A stretch of DNA of 61,527 bases, filler included, from Squatina squatina (taxonomy: Eukaryota): NCBI GenBank assembly GCA_031763465.1. It is 3 parts of 3 records of this genome, joined end to end, with 100 filler letters (N's around TTAATTAATTAA, not from the genome) between each part and the next. Parts side by side here need not be neighbours in the genome. Positions count along the whole stretch, not along the records: positions 1 to 30,393 come from JARFOE010000046.1; 2 more parts are not named here. One strand, 5' to 3'. Position numbers and translations under genes: made by a program. Position 1 is the stretch's first letter. Every line of letters starts with the position of its first letter. Of this stretch, positions 1 to 10,025 are shown one piece after another. The notes beneath the pieces are model-generated. The model was not told the DNA's origin and did not search any database. It worked only from the letters and a program-made list of their open reading frames with translations.

Positions 1-634
1 TATTGTGATCACTGTCAGACAAATGGTCCCTTACTGTAAGATTATTAACCAGGGCTGGCTCATTACTCATGATTAACTCTCGCATGAGAGAGAGGCAGAG
101 AGAGAGAGTATTCTGAACAAGCGTCCAAAATGTTTGTCATTCAACCACTGGATAATGCTATGTACTGTAGGAATGAGTACAAGACTGTTGAGTACAGATT
201 AAGAAATAGGCTTTTAAAAGCAGCTAATAACTAAGAGACTGCTGATCTTTAACCCAGGAGGGTGTTGGTTGGATAAAGCTGAATTTGTTTTTCTTACACT
301 ATATTGTGGTATCAAATAATTAAGGCACTATTTTTGTTAAAACATTGTGATCGTTGGCACATTATTGAGTTTGGGATAACTTATTTGATTTGAATCAGTA
401 AACTGTAATCTTCAAACTCTATCTACACAGTCTTCCTATTCTGGCATTCTTCATATCCTGCAGCATCTTAGATCTATTCACTCAGTGTCCTTTCTCTGTC
501 CTTCATACCCTTCAGATTTATTCCATCCTTCTTCNNNNNNNNNNNNNNNNNNNNNNNNNNNNNNNNNNNNNNNNNNNNNNNNNNNNNNNNNNNNNNNNNN
601 NNNNNNNNNNNNNNNNNNNNNNNNNNNNNNNNNN

Positions 635-801
635 GCCCTTGGCTGTTTCTTAGCTCTACCCAAATTGATTCTACATCTTGATCTTCTGAGCCAAGATCCT
701 TTCTCACTATTGTACTGATCTACTTCTTTCTTCACAGTGCTACCTGACCTCCTTTTCCTTTTTGCCTGTCCTTCCTAAATGTTGAATAACCTTGAATATT
801 C
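635..801 (-). mobile_element. CR1-type LINE ORF2 fragment (AP endonuclease domain), degenerate
   Basis: Minus strand reads NIQGYSTFRKDRQKGKGG...RKDLGSEDQDVESIWVELRNSQG, matching the CR1 endonuclease pattern GY..FRKDR..GKGGGVAL / ESIWVELRN. Confidence 0.85.
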
Positions 802-1614
802 TGGCTCTATAGCTTGGCATTCTGTTAGCTTTATTGATTGCTATTCCACAGTGAATTCAAGTGTTGTGTATTGAGTCCACTGTTATAACTCCTGATCAAG
901 AGTGGTCCTACATTGTTATAGCTTTATCTGCACATAATCAAGATAGAACTGAGGATTGGGAACATTCTTCCTGTATCACACTGTCCTTACACTGAGATGG
1001 AGTATTTGAGAGAATAACAACAGGGCCTCTGAGGAAAAAGATGAGAGAGTATTGGTGACACCTGGAGAACATCTCTTTGTTTGCAGTGCCCTCTCAAGCA
1101 ACTTTTGCCCCTTGGAGACCTTTTAAGTTCTCACATTAATTTTCTCAAATTTAAGGGATCTCTTATTTTTCTTTACTTTATCGTGAGTCTTTTTTACCAA
1201 ACAGTGTAAAATGAAAAAGTGGAGTGTGGTGTTCTGTTATGTGCACATTATGTGACCTTCATTAGGCTCTCAGCAGCAAGTGACAGCATGTTATTAACTT
1301 TACTTTGGTCTCTGGTATTGCTAAATAAGCTTGCAAACTGAAGATGATGTTCAATGTCAACACATAACATTTGGATTTCAAGCTGGGCTACTTTGCTAAT
1401 TTCATCCTTGATCTTGCAATGTCAAGCTTTAAATTAGTAAGACTGTTCTCTAATTGGTGTCATGAAGTATCTAAATCTCAAGCAAAACTCTTTATGCGTT
1501 TTGGCAGCAACATAATGATAAATTATGGAATTTAAATATGTTCACTGAAAGAAGATTCTCTGTCTATTTGTATTAAGCTGTGTGGATTGGTTTTAGAACT
1601 TGGGTAATCATCTT

Positions 1615-2066
1615 TCTCTAAACCAAGTAGCCTTTGGACTGGAAAATACCATCAGAACAGTATCTCGAAGGTAACAATTTTCATGCTTGAAGATTGGATA
1701 CCATCCAAATCTATACAGGGCACAAAACCTAGCAACTATATTCATAAAATCTGAATATAAGTGAATTAAGGAGGTTAAAAAGAATAACTCAGTCGGTATT
1801 TTTGTAAAGTTTTTGACCCAAACTCTAGAGGTGTGCCAATTGTTTGGACTATGACATTTACATTTTCTTTAATTTCTTTCATTGTTCTGGTTAGTAGAAT
1901 TTTGCCTGTTGTGTCCATTTGAAACATTTGACTTTTTCCTCAACCTCTTCAAGGCCATGCACTCACTTACTAATTTCTGTGACAGATGGCGAGATCGGCA
2001 GTGAATTAACTCCGAAACACTCCTATGAAGGACTTTTTCAAGTCCAAAGGCTATTTGATTTAGAGA
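1615..2066. repeat. Inverted repeat pair (arms about 1615-1674 and 2006-2066), possible MITE
   Basis: tctctaaaccaagtagcctttggactggaaaa (1615-1646) matches the reverse complement of 2035-2066 at 29/32, with weaker similarity for about 28 more nt. Confidence 0.7.
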
Positions 2067-2300
2067 NNNNNNNNNNNNNNNNNNNNNNNNNNNNNNNNNN
2101 NNNNNNNNNNNNNNNNNNNNNNNNNNNNNNNNNNNNNNNNNNNNNNNNNNNNNNNNNNNNNNNNNNCTCCATGAGAAAAAGACTAAAAAGAAGCAATGAA
2201 ATGGACTTTGATTTTGGAATAAAGTGACTATGGCATATCTTTAGGGCTTTGTTACTTTGAGTTGCCAAGGTTAATTATGGATTGATTACAGATAACGTAC

Positions 2301-2374
2301 AGTAAAATATTCAAATACTTGTACAACCTGATGTTGAAAGCATTTTGCTCATGATGTAACTCAATACTATAACT
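2301..2374 (-). CDS. Candidate exon C of an unidentified spliced gene
   Basis: ttttcag acceptor and weak gtacgt donor. The only open frame reads SYSIELHHEQNAFNIRLYKYLNIL and is phase-compatible with candidate exon B. Confidence 0.2.
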
Positions 2375-2467
2375 CTGAAAAGTTGACAGTAAATGGCAAT
2401 TAAATATGCATGTTCTTTTGGTACTCCCAAATTATAATTTTCTGGAGATATGGGATTAATTGACATG

Positions 2468-2974
2468 AGCCTAGAACTTCTGCTCTTAAGTAACGCGCCC
2501 TTCTGTCCCAATGTCACTTTTGGGAGTGTGCCTGATGGGATCTTGGGCTCCCCCTGAAGTCCTGCAGTTACACTACATGAAGAAGGTAAACAAGCCGTAC
2601 CAGGCCATATGCAGGCCCCACAATGCAGTATTCAAATGGAAAACATCCCCCAAAAAAAGACTGATATTTAAAGTTGAGGCCCACTAGCATAGGACCAGCA
2701 CAGAAGTAGCTCCAAGCCATTTTAGCCTTTGGCCAGACAGGGCTGTCTTTCCCCATTGTTGGAGTAGTAAGTTACTGCTCCGAAATATCTCTGGGTCTGT
2801 TAGGTGGGCTCCCCAGCAGATACTGATGCGAGTGCTCACCCCAAGTATTTAAATTACCTAATTTCCATAATTTGAGATGCTGTCGTGGTTAGGCCAACCA
2901 GGCAGGCACCAGATGGGCAGAATTCCTGTACCACTGCACTTTAGGGCCACAGTGGCGCCACTGGAATTTCTAGA
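2468..2974. mobile_element. Probable non-autonomous (Harbinger-like) MITE, degenerate
   Basis: GC-richer insert bounded by imperfect inverted ends gcctagaacttc ... gaatttctagat, similar to the GGGCTGAAATT-type ends seen elsewhere in the window. Confidence 0.35.
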
Positions 2975-3471
2975 TTAGGGAGTCTGTCCTTTAACATGTT
3001 TTGGTGGCTCTTCTAAGTTTTCTCCATCAGAGACTAAACTGTTCCATTCCACTCTTAATCTTCAAGCAAACAGCAAGCCCCAGAATTCCCTGTACACATT
3101 GTAGACAAAGGTTAGTTGATGGGATCTTTTGGCACTGAAACTCATCCTAGCTCAGTTCATCCTGTGCTCTGGCTTGTATTTTTCACACTATTCATTCTTA
3201 CTGCATTTTGCCTTCTTCACTTTTTTCCACTAACATCAAGGGATTAAAATTCCTCTGAGCAGTGTTTTTAGTGCACTAGTTAACACGTTCATGTTAAATA
3301 TCTATGCGTGTTGCTTTAATAAGGTGGTTATAAATGGTTTATTTTAAATAGATAAATGACCTTAAGGTAATGCACACAGAGATTTGATGCAAAGACTTTA
3401 AACCAGGGCACCAAAAATAAAGCTTATTTTAATCTTATAGAACCCTGACGGAGGACTCTTCAATGACTTAC

Positions 3472-3544
3472 CAAGCTCAGCCAGCAATTAGCTGAGCTAT
3501 AAAGTCCAGCAAAGTATTCTGTTTGATTTAAATACAATTCCAAT
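3472..3544 (-). CDS. Candidate exon B of an unidentified spliced gene
   Basis: ccttacag acceptor and TTG|gtaagt donor. The single open frame reads LELYLNQTEYFAGLYSSANCWLSL and its phase matches exon A across a 131-nt intron. Confidence 0.3.
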
Positions 3545-3675
3545 CTGTAAGGTTGATTTGAAGTAAGCTCTTGATAGATTTTGACAACCTATTAATACAC
3601 TAGTGAAATGAAGCTGATAAAGATTGACAATATTGATGGAAGGCAAACTGGCTTTTAGACATCATTTGCACTTAC

Positions 3676-3751
3676 CTCACAAAGCTAACCTCACAGTTAT
3701 ACAAAGATGGCAGAGTGTGAATGCTGATGACTAATTCCAACAATCTGGGAT
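3676..3751 (-). CDS. Candidate exon A of an unidentified spliced gene
   Basis: Strong acceptor (tttcttttatctgcactttag) and consensus donor GAG|gtaagt. The single open frame reads PRLLELVISIHTLPSLYNCEVSFV. Confidence 0.3.
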
Positions 3752-4444
3752 CTAAAGTGCAGATAAAAGAAATTTATTTGTCATGACTGATTAATAATAA
3801 ATGACTTGTTTAAAGCCTTTTCGCTTTGTATTACACAGAACTATTTGAAGAGCAAAAACTTGCCTGTGCTTGATGAGTCTGCCCCTTTCTAATTGTGCTT
3901 ATGACAGTTGACAGTGTCAAAGTTTGTAGAAGGAGGAGTTGGGAAGCCATACTGTCTCATTCTAATAGAACCAATTGTACTGCTTTGACAGACAAGCATA
4001 TGGTGGAGCTATAATTACACTGTCAATGAAAAGTACACTTTCAGCAAAAAAGGTCAGTATTAATATCTCCTCTACATATTAGCACAGTTTTGTATGTAGG
4101 GCAGTCTGTGTTATATGGAACATTTTGCCATAGAGCAGACTCTGGAGATTGTCGCTATTACAAAGTGTCTGTTTATGATAAGTGCAGAAATTGCCTTTCA
4201 TTTTCAGACAATACAAAACATTAATTCCAAGACAAGGGAAAAGAACAAAAATTACATAGAGCAAAATGGCATTACAATAGAACAGAAGTTTATAGAACGC
4301 AACATAAGTTTGGTGACATAGGCTCAATGATACCAGAATAATTCCTGATCCATGATAACATGATCAACAAGTTCCGACCAAAAGTACCGTAGTCATAGGA
4401 TAAAATTTAACCAAGAGTAAAAGCGCAAAGTGTCAAAGTGACGC

Positions 4445-4504
4445 CATGTCGCTGTGTCAAAATGTCGCCGTGACAGCATGTCGGCGTGACAACATGTCGT
4501 CGCC
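4445..4504. repeat. CpG-rich 16-bp tandem repeat, about 3.5 copies (CATGTCGCCGTGACAA-like)
   Basis: catgtcgctgtgtcaa / aatgtcgccgtgacag / catgtcggcgtgacaa / catgtcgtcgcc. Confidence 0.8.
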
Positions 4505-4620
4505 ATAGTCCGGGTCAGAGNNNNNNNNNNNNNNNNNNNNNNNNNNNNNNNNNNNNNNNNNNNNNNNNNNNNNNNNNNNNNNNNNNNNNNNNNNNNNNNN
4601 NNNNNNNNNNNNNNNNNNNN

Positions 4621-4870
4621 TGGCGGAGGGCATCGGAGGAGTCACGGATGTAGGTGGGAAGAGACTGGACAAGGGGAGAAAAAATAGAGTCGAGATACGA
4701 GGAAATCAGTTCAGTGGGGCAAGAACAGGCTGAAACGATGGGTCTTCCTGTTTGTGGACCTTGGGAAGGAGGTAGAAGCGGGCTGTGCGGGATTGGGCAA
4801 CTCTGAGGTTGGCAGCCGTGGAGGGAAGATCTCCAGCGGAGATGAGATCAGTCATGGCCTGGGAGATGAT
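4621..4870 (-). mobile_element. Penelope-like retroelement reverse transcriptase fragment
   Basis: Minus strand reads ...RTARFYLLPKVHK..RPIVSACSCPTELISSYLDSIFSPLVQSLPTYIRDSSDAL, the FY.LPKIHK / RPIVS motifs typical of Penelope RTs. Confidence 0.85.
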
Positions 4871-6929
4871 TACATAGGATGTGCAGCTGAGGTGCTGCAG
4901 ACCTAATCAGAAATGCTTTCAATGCTAATGCTGCTCATTCTCTCTTTGTATTTTGCCATGCTCAGTGCAGCTGCTACAGTGATGCCCTGCAGCAGCACAC
5001 AATGTCCCTCCCCACAGGTGGAGAGTTCCCGAGGATCAGTGGTTATAGGGCTGATCGCCCATCCTGAATACCTAGCTAATTACTGCCGAGAAAATGGGCT
5101 GGGGTCGCTGTGGGATCAGAAAGGCAGCTGGAAGCTATGCTCCAGCTCACTTCCAGCAGATGAATCCAGACCATGCTCTCTATATTGTGTGTAAACTCCA
5201 TTCAAGCACAGTTATAAAGAGAAATGTTCTTTCTTTAGGTTCTTTGCAGACCTGTTCTAATAAGTAATCAAGTACAAATAATTTTATTGAAGTATAGTTT
5301 TGCAAACCTAACAAACATTATGCAGGTCTTGATCACACTGAGTCTCATCTTTGCAAATATTATAATTGAATCATTTATTACATTTGTTAACATAATGCTT
5401 TGTATTTCACAGAAAAGATTCCATCCAGTGTTTAATGCTCCACATTGTATCCTTCTCTTAAATTATCCAAAACTGTCCTGCCTCACTGCAGTAATAAACA
5501 AAGTGATGCAGTTCCTTTCTCAATCACTTCATCACAGTCAGCAAGTCTTTCAATACATGAAAGTGACAATATGCAGCTCCTATGATTTCTGAGCTGCTTT
5601 TGGTTTTGGTTAATTTTTAATTTTTTAAGAGGCCATCATGCATTGCATATTAATTTGTTTTATTATTTTGCCTTATTAAACTTCAGCAGCATTGAAAACT
5701 GCAAATGAAACAGACACATTTATCTAACACTGCTAACCCATTTTTCCACCGTAACATTGAGCAACATCACGAAAAAACACGGTTCATTTCAAGTAATGAA
5801 ATTAGAGGAAATTTTAAATTCCTCTAAGGTTAAAGAGTTAAAAAAAANNNNNNNNNNNNNNNNNNNNNNNNNNNNNNNNNNNNNNNNNNNNNNNNNNNNN
5901 NNNNNNNNNNNNNNNNNNNNNNNNNNNNNNNNNNNNNNNNNNNNNNNCCTCGCAAAATGGTGGCCACCACAGGACCCACCACCAGTGGTGACAGGTGGTG
6001 TTAAATGCCCAGCTTTTTAGCCCAGTGTCTCCAGGAGAAATGGGGACAACATTCAACAACAAAAAAATGATCATTGCAGGGCCTGCTGAGATAGATATGA
6101 GTCCAGCTTGACTTTGTGGTATATTTTTTAAATATTTCAAAACATAAAATGGAGCAGAAAGATATATACTGCAATCTGTAATACAAAATATTCACTTACA
6201 GTCAATGTAAACAATGTGGNNNNNNNNNNTCAGTGCAGCTGATTGTAAATCATTGGCCTGACAGGTTGTATCTAATTCCTTGTGACTCATTGAAAGGAAA
6301 AGCCCTTTAGCAATCACTGTCAGAATACTTACTGGAGCCATTCACCTGCTCATGTGATGTTACCATTTACATCTAAATGTCTCCCACACACTATCCGGGT
6401 ACTTACTCAGTGTCATTCCTCTGCAAAGGTATGTGGACAGAATACATTTCTAACACAAAATCCATTTGTATCATGCATAATCCATTTACTCGATAATTTG
6501 GTACATCAGCATTGTCTTCTGATGCTGTAAAAAAGCTATTTTAATACACGAGTAAAAAGGCAATTTGAAGTATTCATATGCATAATTTTATAGGGTCTCC
6601 TTAGTCATGGCTGGACATGGTCAAACCCTTCTATAAAATTTTGCTCATTCTCCATATCAACTTATTTTTTAAATACCTTTGTTCTCTAATATTTTGCTCA
6701 GTGTAATTATATCCTAAGGAGTGAGCCTGGGCTCCGTGGTAATGGGACATGCAAAGAAACAGAAGATGGGTCTAGAGGAGCTGTAAATGTCAACAGCAGA
6801 ATCCCTGTCCGACAGGGAGCACAGCCTGTCAATCAGACTGGCATTGGATGGGGAAACTGCTTGAAAAACTCTACAGCGTGCGGGGACCCGACCAAAACTC
6901 CTCCCCTCGCTCACAAGGCCCGTGCGAGT

Positions 6930-7000
6930 AAACATCTGGGCCATTAACTCTGTTTCTCTCCCCATGGATGCTGCCTGGCCTGCTGAGTATTTCCAGCAGT
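6930..7000 (-). mobile_element. Short repeat of a family usually tied to Penelope termini in sharks (further copies near 13673-13714 + and 20697-20758 +)
   Basis: The motif gctggaaatactcagcagg-caggcagcatc recurs at three or more places in the window. The family assignment is from memory. Confidence 0.55.
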
Positions 7001-8089
7001 GTCTGTTAAGGTTCATAGCTTGCCTGGGATAATGAGCAGAGAATCCTCTTTTAGATTACTTCGGCTGCTGGTTCTTTCTATCTATGGTTTGCAACTGCAA
7101 CGCTGACCTGCATATCATTAATTTTTATACATTGTTCTTTTTCTTTCCTTTTCTCACCAACCATGGAAGTATCTGGCTTAGCTGAGACACTTTCAAAGTT
7201 TCAGGCAGATGCACTTCAAAGATTACAAACACCTTGTTTTCTTTTCAAAAGCTGCAGCAAGTCATTGATTTCAAAAGGGCAGACGGATAAATCCCTTTGA
7301 AATTGTAACAGAAGCTTTGTGAATTAAATGACGATCTGTTACTTCAAAAACTGTCAATCAAACATAGCTAGACAAATAAGACAGCCATATTTGTATTTCG
7401 ATTGAGTAGCTTGGCTCTTCCTTCAAGTAACTGACCAACGGACTAATCGTACCAACAATGTATCGATATAAACTGGGGTACAATTTTTAACGATGAAGCT
7501 TGTTTCTAACCCTTTGCATAGCATGACAGAATTAAAGAAGTCAATACCATGCTGCATCTTAGATGAAAGTGCTTCATTTTTGTCTCACCCACGTAACTAA
7601 AAATTGATTTCAATTTGATTGAAAATTGGTTGTCAAGGCTGGTTTTGCAACCAGACAGAAATCAGATCATTAAACTTTGACCTGACTGTACCATTTTTCC
7701 ACCTCCCCCTTCCATCTCCATGGTACACTTTCTAATAGCCCAATAGACAAAGAGCTTGAAGCAGGTAACCTGCTGGCCCATTAGTTACAAAATTGCTTTT
7801 TGGATCATGGGGTTTGAATGTTTTCTATTTCTCTGTGGGAGCTCCATGGTAGTAGATGCTATTTTGATTAAAGGGTCACTGGCTACATTAAATTTATTAG
7901 GCAAACATTCGTTCACATGTCACAAGGGAAAAAAGGTTTGTTAAATTATTTTTTCATTGAAAAACATTATCCTGTCACGTGCACATGACGTCATTGTAAT
8001 GAATATGGCTCTTCCAGCTCTTCTCACTCCATAGAAAGTATTTGTCACATACACACTGCTACTTAAAGATATAAGCAGCATTTTATAAT

Positions 8090-8217
8090 GTACAATATCA
8101 GCATTTGTTGACAACACCAAGTTATGGGGATATAGTTAATACTGAGGAAGACTGTGATAAAATACAAGGGGACATTAATAAACTTGCAGAATGAGCGTGT
8201 AAGTAGCAAATGAATTN
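8090..8217 (+). mobile_element. CR1 LINE RT fragment, degenerate
   Basis: ISAFVDNTKL...VNTEEDCDKIQGDINKLAE*ACK*QMN is a decayed KFADDTKLGG...LQ.DIDRL..WA..WQM motif. Confidence 0.8.
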
Positions 8218-8577
8218 NNNNNNNNNNNNNNNNNNNNNNNNNNNNNNNNNNNNNNNNNNNNNNNNNNNNNNNNNNNNNNNNNNNNNNNNNNNNNNNNNNN
8301 NNNNNNNNNNNNNNNNGTGCAAAATGGCAATTTAACGCCTAAAGAATTTTTAACACCCTGTTAACGCCTTAAGTAGGTGTTAACCGAATTTCGATCCATG
8401 CTGAATTTCACCACCTGGGAACTTTGAAGATTGCTGGTGGCAGAATAAAAAATATCTTTTGATACACATGCTGACTTTATTTCTGCAATGGCTGATTTAT
8501 GAGAAGACTGAGTAAGGTGATTTTCAAGATTAATACTTTACCACGATTAATTCATATCACTTTCTTTTGTTTTCCAG

Positions 8578-9573
8578 GGCCTTTGTGCGTAGAGGAAGAA
8601 TCACTCGAGATGCATGAGGATGATTGCTCGGAGGACCTCATTCCTTCTGAGGGCGCACCGTCACAGGGCGTACAAACACATGCCAGCGCAAATACTTGCA
8701 TGCTGGTGCATCCAGTTAGAAAGTGAGTTAGGTTTTCACCTGGTGACTCACAATTTACAGGTAAGCACGGGCAGACACTGGTGGCAGGGACCACTGTGAA
8801 GAGTCCGCACTGGGGTGGGGGGGGACGAGGGCACAATTCTCTCCAAGCTCTGCTCAGCTGGACAAAGATGCTGAACCCCTGAGCCCATCGATGAGATGGG
8901 AATGATAGAAAGGTCCATCAGAAACTTTGCTAGGCACTGACAGACGTGCCATGCATATTCTCTTCAATAGGGGAGAGGATGGAGATGTCCAACTGGAACA
9001 GTAATGGATTGGAGGCACAGGTAATTGTGAGATTGCCTGCCATGGAGAGAGTGGCTGCCTCCGTGGAGCTCTAAGCCCAGCTCCCAAAAGAGTCCATGCA
9101 GGTCATGACCACGACCGTGCAGACTTTAGATGCTAACATGTCTGTCGTCCTCAACAGGATGGCAGAAACCTTATCCATAGTGTTACAATGCATCACTGAT
9201 GTTCACCAAGCTGGTCTGCAGCCGAGTGGTACGAGTGATGTGGCACTGGCCCAGGAGAGGGATGATGGCAAAAGGGGACATGGAAGTGGAAACTCCACTC
9301 AAAGTGCTCCCACTTCTCATCTGTTATCCCTCATCCCTCCCAACCAATATCCGACAGACTACCTCATCTCCCAAAGGCCGAGTCTGCTCCTGCACAGGTG
9401 CAGGTGGAGCAGTCTTTGGCAGGTCCCACAGGGACTCCAAAACCCATAAGGATAGGCCAAGGCGAAGGCCAAAAGTATCTCAGCAGTCAGGGCAGGGATC
9501 TGAGCAGCCTGCTGAAGCCTCATGGGATGCACCATATACAAGCGGTAGGAAGTATAAGTTCAAGAAATTGTAA
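8578..9573 (+). pseudogene. Decayed 3' exon of the second (Myb/SANT-type) gene of a Harbinger transposon
   Basis: Strong acceptor tttcttttgttttccag, then an acidic/low-complexity, frameshifted reading ending in a basic tail (GRKYKFKKL*). It converges on the transposase relic. Confidence 0.5.
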
Positions 9574-9791
9574 TTTACCAAGGCTATGCACATAGATATT
9601 TGACAAAATGTTATGTTGTTAAGTTTCTTTTCTAATAATGTTCCACTTCCACGTCTTCCCCATTATTGTGTTCTGAGTGCCAACTCGCCCTGCCACTTGT
9701 TTCAGGATGAATATCAATACATGACAGGACCTATTTGGTGAATGTGCAATGGGTGGATGAACGGTTGAAGGAACGTTTAGTNNNNNNNNNN

Positions 9792-10025
9792 ACCGTCACC
9801 TTCCTTATGTATTTATGTGCAGCGCACTGTGAGATGCTCGAAATATTTCCTGTAACGCCCTGTAAGGAACCAGAGGCAAAATAATTGATGGTGGCTTTAA
9901 TCTTCACAGCCACTGGTAATGCGTGTTCATGAGGTACAGCATGCAGTCGGTCTTCTTCTAGATGGCTGCAGATGTCTGCCACAACCTACATGACAATCTC
10001 AGCCTGTGGAAGAACTGCTCTTGCG
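9792..10025 (-). mobile_element. PIF/Harbinger (HARBI1-like) transposase N-terminal fragment
   Basis: LNFLDLSQEQFFHRLRL...ADICSHL...HALPVAVKIKATINYFASGSLQGVTGNISSISQCAAHKYIRKVT matches the Harbinger HTH region (AL.FFASGSFQ...GD..GISQ...I..VT). It is truncated by N gaps. Confidence 0.85.

Noticed and set aside
1631-2227. Plus-strand exon pair PLDWKIPSEQYLE|DGEIGSELTPK...DFDFGIK*
   Set aside because: The phases fit, but both pieces lie on the arms of the inverted repeat, the second crosses a gap, and I recognise no homologue.
6190-6450. Three GTAAGT motifs on the minus strand as further exons of the 2-3.7 kb candidate gene
   Set aside because: No unambiguous acceptor, frame and phase combination could be assigned, and a gap interrupts the region.
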